A stretch of DNA of 64,000 nucleotides, from assembly GCA_964230645.1 (NCBI GenBank), contig CAXRHT010000002.1:352001-416000 (forward strand), read 5' to 3'. Source of the stretch: Bdellovibrionales bacterium. Lineage in GTDB: Bacteria; Bdellovibrionota; Bdellovibrionia; Bdellovibrionales; JAGQZY01. A program made the position numbers and the translations under genes. The notes below the pieces were generated by a model. That model saw only the letters and a program-made list of their open reading frames with translations. It did not search any database and had not been told where the DNA came from. Numbering within the stretch: position 1 is the first letter of the stretch; each line of letters begins with the position of its first letter. Positions 50,716 through 59,249 of the stretch are shown here, in pieces.

Positions 50716-51835
50716 GGAGATAATCCTCAAGCGTTTTACTGGCGATACCATTAGAAAAAACACTAGTAAGCTCTGCAATAGCCAAAGCCTCTCTTAAATA
50801 AGGTTCAGTCACAAGCCCTACATTTTTAAGAAGGTCTAAAGAGACGGCATCATGCTCTCCCATATCGTTAATCTGCATATGTCGATTCACTAATTTGGCT
50901 GAGTCTTTCAAGCCAATGTCACTTAAAAGCTCACCGAGTGGGTCTTTGCCTGAGAAGTTACTGCGTTCAAAAAAATCAATCAAAAGAGCAAAGGCTAAAA
51001 AGTTTCGAGAGGCACTAAATTTTAGCAAATCCATAATGACTCGAGCGTTGAGGCAGACCTCCACTTTTTCCGCATCAAAGCCGGCCGCTTCAACCGCTTT
51101 AGCCATAATAATGTCATGGCCTTTCTCTTCCTTAATGAATTTCTCAACCTCTTCTTTTGAAGACTGAGCGATTTCAAGAGCGGGCTCCACAGCCTCGATA
51201 CATCGCGAGGTCACATAGTGATTCTGCCTAATAAGGCGAGCGGCCATATCTTGTTGTTGATCATCAGGAAGCTCTCTAACTGTTGTGTAAACTTGCGAAA
51301 CACCCCCACGCTCTTTGACCTCGATCATATGAAACTTTCTTACGGCCGTAAGAACACTCTCAGGACAGTACATCTCGTCCACCGTAGCGAATTTCAAAAT
51401 AGAATCATGGTCCCAGGGAGAGGTGCGAGATTTTAAGGTCATCATGATCTCTTGCTCATCTTCTTTAGAAGCAAAACCTTGCTGCCCCTCTTCTTTTGAT
51501 TGGCAAAGATGATCCACTAAAGTTTTGATCTTTCCATCAACAAAGTTATTGTCTTTAAGCTTATGTTCATCACCATATTTGATGAGAGGAAGAATATAAA
51601 ATATAGGATAACGATCCACCTGCTTAATAAACTGACTAAATATCAGCGCTTCTTCCGGTTTGATAATCTGTTGCTGAATATTATTGTAAATACCCTGCAA
51701 CTGACTGGCCATCGCGGGATCAAGCTTAAGATTCAACTCAATCCAAGGGGTTTTCAAATGAACATCCCCACCACTTGTTTTCATTTCCAATTCTTCGTAA
51801 GGCCAATACTTATAATCCATGAAAATTCCTTTCAA
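50702..51835 (-). CDS. heme-oxygenase-like/ferritin-like diiron protein
   Basis: NHYVT, FIKEEKGHD, DFFE, H...GEH pattern in a helical C-domain; start may be 51820. Confidence 0.6.
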   Translation of the reverse strand: MKGIFMDYKYWPYEELEMKTSGGDVHLKTPWIELNLKLDPAMASQLQGIYNNIQQQIIKPEEALIFSQFIKQVDRYPIFYILPLIKYGDEHKLKDNNFVDGKIKTLVDHLCQSKEEGQQGFASKEDEQEIMMTLKSRTSPWDHDSILKFATVDEMYCPESVLTAVRKFHMIEVKERGGVSQVYTTVRELPDDQQQDMAARLIRQNHYVTSRCIEAVEPALEIAQSSKEEVEKFIKEEKGHDIIMAKAVEAAGFDAEKVEVCLNARVIMDLLKFSASRNFLAFALLIDFFERSNFSGKDPLGELLSDIGLKDSAKLVNRHMQINDMGEHDAVSLDLLKNVGLVTEPYLREALAIAELTSVFSNGIASKTLEDYLLEMA

Positions 51836-52048
51836 AAATGAAACCTAGTGTTTCAAAATATCCCCTCCTTGTCCATGCCTTCAAAATCAAGCCACACACC
51901 CTCTAATTTTAGAAGAAACTGCCTAGGAAAACAGCTCTCTGAAAACTCCTATTTTATATAGTACTTCCAGGCACTTACGAGAGTTAATGACACCTCGCCA
52001 ACATTGACTCAAAGACGGCTTAAACGTAGTATCTCCAGCTATATATCA

Positions 52049-52206
52049 CCCGTGGGTCTAGCGTCTGTTCATTTTTTAAGGACAGACCGAAAGTAGTGGC
52101 TCTGGCAAGCTGGAAGCGTTCACCCGTAGGGTGATGCCAGCAAGGCAGGAGCCGTGCCCTACTTGCGGTCTGTCCTTAAAAAATGAACAGACGCTAGACC
52201 CACGGG
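52049..52206. repeat. long palindromic element B with branched core
   Basis: Perfect 41-bp inverted arms at 52049-52089 and 52166-52206; core shared with element A. Confidence 0.9.
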
Positions 52207-52233
52207 CCCGGCCCCATTTACGAGGAGAGTTTT

Positions 52234-53529
52234 ATGGATGCATTACGCCAGCCCCCAACAACCAGCGGTTACAAAGAAGGCGATGTCTTAGTACTATTTG
52301 GAGAACTGTTCTCCAAAGGCTACGCCAATGGCCTCGTCGATGAAGCTAAAAAGAAGGGCTTAAAAATTGTTTACTCCACCGTGGGCCGGAGGGACTCGGA
52401 GGGAAAACTAAGAGCCCTAACAAAAGAAGAGCTCAGTGAGCAACCCACACCATTGATCAATCGACCTCTTGAGGCGGGCTTTGATATGGAGCCCGATTCC
52501 AAAGGTGTTACCCCTTGCGATCAACTCAAGGGTATTAAAATGAAAGATTGGGACCAAGACCACCTCAACTGGGACTCGATTTTAGAGTCGCAAAAAAACG
52601 GGACCGAAAGATTTCGAAAACACGTCACAGCTTATATGGAAGATCTCAAAGAGCATATTCCCAAAGGGGCCAATGTTTTATTTGCTCATATTATGGCTGG
52701 AGGAGTTCCAAGAGCAAAAATAATTATGCCCGTTATGAACAAAGTTTTTAAAGGTCGAGGCGATCGCTTTATTCCTTCTAAAAGTTTGTTTGATTCTCAG
52801 CTTGGAAAAATGAGTCAGCTCAACTTCAGTGACGTCACAGCCCACACCTTCAAACATCTTGTCGAACTCAGTGCTGAAATTCGAGAGATGGTTGAGTCCG
52901 ATGGTGGTCAGGTCAGCTACACAGCCTACGGTTATCATGGGACAGAAATTCTTATTGATGGAAAGTATCAGTGGCAAACCTATACGCCTTATTTTCAAGG
53001 CTGGGCCAAGATGGAGCTTGAAGAGCATTGTAAAAACTTTTTTGAAAAAGGCATTCGCTGTAGTGTCTACAACTGTCCAGAAATTCTGACTAATTCCTCA
53101 AGCATTTTCCAAGGTGTGGAAGTGTCCCTTTATCCGCTTTTAGGGGCGCTTAAGAAAGAAGGAGCGGATTCAAAAAATTGTCAGAAAGTCCTCGATGATT
53201 GTCGCAAACTTTTAAAAGAAGACCATAGTTTTGATGAAATTATGGAATTCACTAGCCAGTACTGCAAACACGATCTTATCACCTCCCATAGTCATTTCGA
53301 TCAGTGGCCTCAGCACAACTCTCAAGACCAAATGGAGTATATGTTAGACTCTTCTGATCACTTGATTTCTATGCACAAAGACCCAAAAGAGTTAATGACC
53401 TTTCCATTATCCGAAGAGGTTTTTAAGGCCACAGGCGAGCTCATTTTTCACGACTCCTTCGCCCCGCAAAGTCCAGTGCAGTGGCTCAACCACGACGTGG
53501 TCGCAAAAACGATTGCAAAACAGGGATGA
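52234..53529 (+). CDS. FabMG-family enoyl-ACP reductase
   Basis: GDVLVLFGELFSKGYANGLV, PLEAGFD, HIMAGGVPRAK, YGYHGTE, PEILTNSS; GAGGAG RBS. Confidence 0.78.
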   Translation: MDALRQPPTTSGYKEGDVLVLFGELFSKGYANGLVDEAKKKGLKIVYSTVGRRDSEGKLRALTKEELSEQPTPLINRPLEAGFDMEPDSKGVTPCDQLKGIKMKDWDQDHLNWDSILESQKNGTERFRKHVTAYMEDLKEHIPKGANVLFAHIMAGGVPRAKIIMPVMNKVFKGRGDRFIPSKSLFDSQLGKMSQLNFSDVTAHTFKHLVELSAEIREMVESDGGQVSYTAYGYHGTEILIDGKYQWQTYTPYFQGWAKMELEEHCKNFFEKGIRCSVYNCPEILTNSSSIFQGVEVSLYPLLGALKKEGADSKNCQKVLDDCRKLLKEDHSFDEIMEFTSQYCKHDLITSHSHFDQWPQHNSQDQMEYMLDSSDHLISMHKDPKELMTFPLSEEVFKATGELIFHDSFAPQSPVQWLNHDVVAKTIAKQG

Positions 53530-54371
53530 GTCTAGCGCAAGGCTTACCCTGGCAGTGGAAGCAGCTCTCCTTTAACGGCTACAGTATAGCGGGGCAAACA
53601 ACCTCGCTTTTTTTCAATAACGCCAAAATTTGCTTCGACATTGGCCAAGGTCTTCCCTTTAATATCAACGCCAAACTTTATTGTCTCACCCACCTCCATG
53701 CCGATCACGGTGCAGGTATAAATTACTTACTCTCCCAGCGCTCCCTTTTTGGCTTCCCAACAGCCCCTATTCTTCTTCCCCAGTCGGCTGTTGATCCCAT
53801 TTTTAAAATACTCAAGCAGTGGGAAAAAATTGAGGGTTTTAAGTTTGATTTTGAACTTATTCCCATGAAAGCAGGAACTCGGTTTGCTTTTTCAAAGCAG
53901 TATCTTATTGAAGCCTTTCCCACCAATCACCGCGTGGAGTCCTTTGGATACCTAGTCTATGTGAAAAAAAAGAAATTAAAAAAAGAGTTCTTAGGGCTTG
54001 AGAGACAAGAGCTCTTAGACTTAAAAAGTCGGGGGCAACTTTTAGAAGAGGATGTTCTCGAACCAAAGATGGCTTTTACCGGGGACACCAAAATTGAATT
54101 TCTTCAGAACCATAAAGATTTATCCCGTGTGGAGCTACTCTTTATGGAGTGCACTAACCTCGACGAAAAAAAGTCGATCGAAGACACTCGAAAATGGGGA
54201 CATACTCACCTTGATGAAATTATTGAGAAGGCTTCTTTTTTTGAAAACGAAAAGATCAGTTTAATTCATCTTTCCGCCAGATACTCCAGCAAAGAGGCGG
54301 AAAAGATTTTAACGGAAAAACTTCCAGAAAGCCTCAGAGAAAAGGTGAGCCTTTTCCCACGTCCCTTTTAA
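53526..54371 (+). CDS. RNase Z-like metallo-beta-lactamase-fold nuclease (short form)
   Basis: THLHADHG, HRVES.GY, FTGDT, MECT, GHTH, IHLSARY; ATGA overlap with the upstream stop (track ORF starts at 53481). Confidence 0.85.
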   Translation: MSLAQGLPWQWKQLSFNGYSIAGQTTSLFFNNAKICFDIGQGLPFNINAKLYCLTHLHADHGAGINYLLSQRSLFGFPTAPILLPQSAVDPIFKILKQWEKIEGFKFDFELIPMKAGTRFAFSKQYLIEAFPTNHRVESFGYLVYVKKKKLKKEFLGLERQELLDLKSRGQLLEEDVLEPKMAFTGDTKIEFLQNHKDLSRVELLFMECTNLDEKKSIEDTRKWGHTHLDEIIEKASFFENEKISLIHLSARYSSKEAEKILTEKLPESLREKVSLFPRPF

Positions 54372-54794
54372 TTACTGATTTGGAAGAATAAGATATTGAG
54401 AAAAGCCCCACTCTTCTGCTTTTTCCAAATAGACCTCTTGAAAATTGACCCTTTCTTCAGGATCTTGACTGAGAGACTTTCGGTAGTAATTATCAAGCAC
54501 CCAGACAGCCGAAGCGTAGCTATTTAAAACATCCACTTCCAAACATTGAGTGGCTGTGGCTCGACCAAAATTGAAGAGGGCCAAGTTCGGACAATCTTGC
54601 ATATAAGTGGTGCGATCAAATTCGACTCCAACATTTTCGGCGTGTACAGAAAAAGCTCCGCCCATCGCCCAATTTTGCACCTCTTGGAGTACTTCCATGG
54701 TGTATGGAGGTACATAGGACTCTTGGCAATTCCCCTTAACTGCCAAGGCCCCTTGAGAAAAAAATAAAACCATTAAAGAAAAAATCGTTCGCAT
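54372..54794 (-). CDS. secreted hypothetical protein
   Basis: Signal ending ALA. Confidence 0.65.
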   Translation of the reverse strand: MRTIFSLMVLFFSQGALAVKGNCQESYVPPYTMEVLQEVQNWAMGGAFSVHAENVGVEFDRTTYMQDCPNLALFNFGRATATQCLEVDVLNSYASAVWVLDNYYRKSLSQDPEERVNFQEVYLEKAEEWGFSQYLILPNQ

Positions 54795-54985
54795 TGCTGT
54801 TCCCTGTGTGAAGCGTTTCTAGCAATAGCCGTGACCAAAGCCAAATTTAATATTTCTTCCACAAGCATAAGATTAAGTTATAGTAGCGGTTTCCATATAC
54901 ATAGGACTGCCTATAATTTTGATAAATTTAACGAAATTCTTACTGTAAATATCGAGATTTCTTTGGTTTTTTTCAAATAGAGACC

Positions 54986-55012
54986 TCAATATTTTTATCC
55001 CATCACCGATAA
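54986..55012 (+). promoter_or_regulatory. putative sigma28-like promoter
   Basis: TCAA-N15-ACCGATAA ending 6 nt before ATG 55019. Confidence 0.45.
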
Positions 55013-55018
55013 GACCCT

Positions 55019-55684
55019 ATGGGCTCTTCTCGAAACTCCTTTCTATTATTATGTTTATTGATAGGAATAATACCTTTTCAAGCCTGTATGCGCTCAAGCC
55101 CCAACGCTCAATTGGGACAGTCTTCATCAGTTACCTATGATACGGAAATCGATAAGCAGGCCCTAAAACTTTTTGCCGAAAGTTGTGACTCCTGTCATGG
55201 GTCTTCCTCTCCTGGTCTTGGAGGCTTAAACAATACCGACAATATAAAGGCCTTAATTGAAGGTGGTTATATTGTTCCCGGTGACGTCAGTGGCTCTCCC
55301 CTTTTTGAAGAGGTAGAAAGTGGCTCGATGCCACCAAGCTCCCCTCTGGGAGCTCCGGATCGGGAGTTTCTGGCTACTTGGATTGAATCCCTTACCGATC
55401 GTAGTGATGATGCCAGTCAAGCCCCCGTTGAATCAATTACTTTCACTAGACTTTTCAACGAGGTCATAGGTCCCCGCTGCACCACCTGTCACGACTCAAA
55501 TCACGTCCTTCCCCTTCATGATTATGAGAGTGTACGTGAAATTGTTTGGGCGGAAAGTCCTTCAGTGAGCCTTCTGTGGAGCTCCCCGGCTGCAGGCCGA
55601 ATGCCAAAAACGGGACCACCACTCACCGCCTCGGAACTTAAGAAGATCAGTGATTGGATAGAACTTGGAGCTCTTAATAATTAA
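55019..55684 (+). CDS. diheme Planctomycete-type cytochrome c lipoprotein
   Basis: CDSCH...MPP...WI and CTTCH...MP...WI..GA; FQAC after a hydrophobic segment. Confidence 0.82.
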   Translation: MGSSRNSFLLLCLLIGIIPFQACMRSSPNAQLGQSSSVTYDTEIDKQALKLFAESCDSCHGSSSPGLGGLNNTDNIKALIEGGYIVPGDVSGSPLFEEVESGSMPPSSPLGAPDREFLATWIESLTDRSDDASQAPVESITFTRLFNEVIGPRCTTCHDSNHVLPLHDYESVREIVWAESPSVSLLWSSPAAGRMPKTGPPLTASELKKISDWIELGALNN

Positions 55685-55690
55685 GAGCTT

Positions 55691-57217
55691 TTAAGACTTC
55701 AACATATAATCTAGAATTTTAGCGTCTTTTGTGTCGGGAAAACTTCTCGCTAAGGACATATCCATGCGCAGAGCCTGCATTAAAGTCATCCATAGATCTC
55801 TCCCCGCCACTCTTTGGTTATTTCCACTCACACCATTTGCGACAGGACGTCCAGAGTCATCGGGACGATGGTAAAAATATTTTGTTCCTTGGTTGGTGAC
55901 ATTGCCATAATAACCGCCTTTGATTTGACCTCCGGCGAGAATCGCACCATTTTTACCTTTACTTCCGAAAGAGTTGGCTTCCATCCCCCGGCCACCATCG
56001 GTGGTGAAAATTGCAATCACTGTTTCATTCCAAATGCCCGCAGTCTTTAAGGCATCGATCATTTTAGAAAGTGGGTTAGAAACCTGTTTGGCTTGTGCCC
56101 TAAAAAGTTTTTCCGGACGATCGCCATGGACATCAACATAGTCGAATTCGAGGGCCACGGTACGTACTATATCATTGGTAATAAGTTTTGTTGCAAGTCC
56201 TGCTTGTTCCCACAGCCAGGCTTTGCTGCCACCTCTTCCCATTTCCGGAAAATCATTACGCCAGTGATTTCGTTCAGCACTAGAGAGAGCCAATTGAAAA
56301 TTATTGGGAAGCCCCCCTGCCCCGGTACTGGCCAGGCGCTTTTGCACACCTTGTAATTGTTTTTCGTGATCCGAATGAGCATTGCCATCGTAACGGAAAT
56401 TATTAAGGTAGTTTTTATCGACTTTTTTAATAAGCTGTGTGATCTGATTGGAAAAACGACTGTAGTTAGGCGCCGGTCCGGCGTTGCCAGAGGTAGAAAA
56501 GGCTTTCTCTAAGTCACTGGTCGACTGATAGCGATCAGGATCGGCTCCTGCTAGGTTTCCAGAATAGTGGTACACAGTATGAATACTGCGACTAATTCCT
56601 TTATAAATGACACCATTTTTTAGACTCGAATCGGCTTTTTTGCAGACGTAGTTATGAATATTAGCCGGTGTGGGACTGGAACTATAATGATCACCATTAC
56701 CGGAGAGTTTGGAATTGGGATCTTTTAAATACATCTTCTCACGCCCCGGCCCCGAATTGTAGCCTCTTCCTGGAGAGCGAGTGGCGTTTCCTCCTTCGTG
56801 TCCGTGAATGGGACCCACTGAGAGCTCACAGGTTTCTAAAACAGCGATATCATCCAGATGAGGTCTTAGAACTTGTCCCTCATCGGGAAGGTAAAAATTG
56901 TTACCCGCTTGCACCAAAGAGTCCTGACTTTGCGCCAGTCCCACCTGATCTCCAGAGAATCCTCGTGTGATATTACCGGTGGCAATTCCTGGAGGCACAA
57001 AAAGGTGTGTCCAATCAAATTGGTCTCGTAAATTGATTTCGATAAAATAGCGTGGCAATACGGCCGCTTGCGCATAAGCTTTCTTCCCTAGCAGTATTTC
57101 CTGACAAGCCTCTTTTAAGCCCGAAGGTGCAAAGGGAAAGAGTGTGAATAAACTTAAAGCTTTTAAGAACTCTCTTCTTTCATTGGGAGCCATATTTTCA
57201 AAATCTTCAAACTTCAT
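55691..57217 (-). CDS. DUF1501-like Tat-exported protein
   Basis: ERREFLK signal; DVHG, IFTTDGGR, LAGGQIKGGYYG. Confidence 0.72.
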   Translation of the reverse strand: MKFEDFENMAPNERREFLKALSLFTLFPFAPSGLKEACQEILLGKKAYAQAAVLPRYFIEINLRDQFDWTHLFVPPGIATGNITRGFSGDQVGLAQSQDSLVQAGNNFYLPDEGQVLRPHLDDIAVLETCELSVGPIHGHEGGNATRSPGRGYNSGPGREKMYLKDPNSKLSGNGDHYSSSPTPANIHNYVCKKADSSLKNGVIYKGISRSIHTVYHYSGNLAGADPDRYQSTSDLEKAFSTSGNAGPAPNYSRFSNQITQLIKKVDKNYLNNFRYDGNAHSDHEKQLQGVQKRLASTGAGGLPNNFQLALSSAERNHWRNDFPEMGRGGSKAWLWEQAGLATKLITNDIVRTVALEFDYVDVHGDRPEKLFRAQAKQVSNPLSKMIDALKTAGIWNETVIAIFTTDGGRGMEANSFGSKGKNGAILAGGQIKGGYYGNVTNQGTKYFYHRPDDSGRPVANGVSGNNQRVAGRDLWMTLMQALRMDMSLARSFPDTKDAKILDYMLKS

Positions 57218-58854
57218 TACTGTAATCTCCCTTCGATAGATAGCATAACAAGAGGATGGGATAGAGATTCAACGACCAAGTCACTGAGGCTTGGTTGTGG
57301 GTTTCTGGTCTTAGCCTTCCTTACAATATCTCTTAGAAGACCCACATTAATATGTTCGGCTTCACTGTGATCAAGGTTTAGAAAATATTGCAGGCTTTTT
57401 TGTACAGAACAGTTCCAAAACTCATCACTTTGAACGATGACTTCCGAGGCCTCTTTTAAGTTGGCGACTTGTCGACCGAAAACTTGCGAGGCTTCTGAAG
57501 CGGCTTCATTGGAGTCTTTAAGATGAGAGGTAAAAAGATCATTAAAAGACTTACCGGCTTCGAGATCAGGATTCTGAGCGCCCGTTGCACCATCGACATA
57601 GTTTCCGAAGGCATCAAACTTTACAAATAACTGAGCATGGGCTCCAAACTGTGAATGACAAGTATAACAGGCGAAACCATTCCCAAAAGCCCCGTCGGTG
57701 CCATCATCAAGCTGGTCTTGGGCGAACATATCAATAATCCTCTCTCTTTTTATAGGAGGTTGTAGCGACTGATCCATTGGGTAGTTTTTGCAGGCGAATT
57801 GCTCCATAAGCTTACCGGCTCTTCCTAAATTAAATCGTCCCGTGTGCCCGACCATAAAGGCCTTTGTGGTTAGAACTCCAGCATTATAGGGAGAGGCGGT
57901 ATCGCAACTGACCGGCTCTAAATTCTCGTCCACACAGTAATCCGCAGTCAGTACTTCGGAGAAACTGCGATCTTCCCGGCTAATAAATTGCATCAACTGT
58001 CCTGGAAGATTGAAATCCACTTCGTTTGTTTTACCACTGGTGGCCAGTTGCACTTCCATCATTGTCTTAGCGGAAATGTGAAAGCTAGGGTCAGCTGTCC
58101 AAGTCTCTAGAAGCTGCCTTAAGTCATAAATATTGCCATTCTCAAGTAGATCACTCTCAGTACTAGAGAGGTTTCTTGCCACCAACATATTCGCTAAACG
58201 ATTCCCATAGGCAACAAGAGGAGACTCCGCTAATGACGATTCACTCACAAACTCTAAGGAACTTAAACTCACAGAGCAGAGAATAAAAAGTTTCTCATTT
58301 TGAGTGCCACTCCCTGCTGCTATTTCCTGAAGGAGTTCTTGATCACCATAGGAGAGCTTGCGACCATAAACGACTTCTAAAAAGCCCTGATGATCACCGG
58401 CATAGCGATTGATAATTTCTGAGCTTTGGCAGATCGGTTCGATCGACTCTATCCATTTTTCCATTACCGATTGAGACCAAGTTTGACTGGGATTAATACT
58501 TTGAGAATGGTCGTGATCACCTAAAATAAAACGATTAGCTCTCAGCCTGTTAAAAGCTGATGAGGGTAAAAATGAGAAGAGGTTCTCTAATTTACTCACT
58601 CTTTGTCTAAAAGGAAGTACTTGCACTGAGCTATTTTTAGCTTCAAATACAGCGGGCGATTCACTTCCCCCACCAAGGCTTGAAAATGAGCCCTCTTCTC
58701 CCGTTCCTTTGTAACCACTGCAGTTGTTATAAAATAAAAGAGTCACGACCCCTAAAAATAGAAATTTCCCAAACTTAGAATAAATTTTGATCCTCCCAAA
58801 CCCTGATAAGCTATTAATCTGCAAATAGCTTGCCGAAAACGGAGTTGTTTTCAC
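57217..58854 (-). CDS. c-type heme lipoprotein (DUF1585/1588-like partner)
   Basis: FYNNC after a hydrophobic segment; AGVLTT, CYTCH, FWNCSV; stop overlaps the next start; true start uncertain. Confidence 0.68.
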   Translation of the reverse strand: MKTTPFSASYLQINSLSGFGRIKIYSKFGKFLFLGVVTLLFYNNCSGYKGTGEEGSFSSLGGGSESPAVFEAKNSSVQVLPFRQRVSKLENLFSFLPSSAFNRLRANRFILGDHDHSQSINPSQTWSQSVMEKWIESIEPICQSSEIINRYAGDHQGFLEVVYGRKLSYGDQELLQEIAAGSGTQNEKLFILCSVSLSSLEFVSESSLAESPLVAYGNRLANMLVARNLSSTESDLLENGNIYDLRQLLETWTADPSFHISAKTMMEVQLATSGKTNEVDFNLPGQLMQFISREDRSFSEVLTADYCVDENLEPVSCDTASPYNAGVLTTKAFMVGHTGRFNLGRAGKLMEQFACKNYPMDQSLQPPIKRERIIDMFAQDQLDDGTDGAFGNGFACYTCHSQFGAHAQLFVKFDAFGNYVDGATGAQNPDLEAGKSFNDLFTSHLKDSNEAASEASQVFGRQVANLKEASEVIVQSDEFWNCSVQKSLQYFLNLDHSEAEHINVGLLRDIVRKAKTRNPQPSLSDLVVESLSHPLVMLSIEGRLQ

Positions 58855-59144
58855 TCCTGATATCAGGAGGTTAACTTCGCCTTTTCTGAAGTATTTTAAA
58901 AAAAACGTACACTAGTTTGATAAACTCTAAATTTTTTTATTAAATTAAGTAAAAACCTACACTTACAAGGGTGTCTATGAAAAACACAAAGCTGTTAATA
59001 GATTAAACAATGTTTGAATCTGAAACGTATTAAGGTGGAACGAAAACACGAGACTCTAAAGGTTATAGACTTCCCTAGAGTCTTCAAGATAACAGACAAC
59101 TCTTCTTTAAAACTCAAGGAAGACTTTTGATTTGAAATTGAAAC

Positions 59145-59174
59145 AAAAAAAGGGAGCTATTACTACACTCCCCT
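59145..59174 (-). terminator. terminator of the POT operon
   Basis: gggag/ctccc stem with an A7 run on the + strand. Confidence 0.55.
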
Positions 59175-59249
59175 AAGATTTAAAAGCTTGCACTTTGAAA
59201 TCTTGCCAGAGAAAAGCAAACCAAAAAAGTCGATGGGTTACTTAAAACA

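Noticed and set aside
52131..52343. 70-aa ORF
   Set aside because: Lies across palindrome B and out of frame within the FabMG start.
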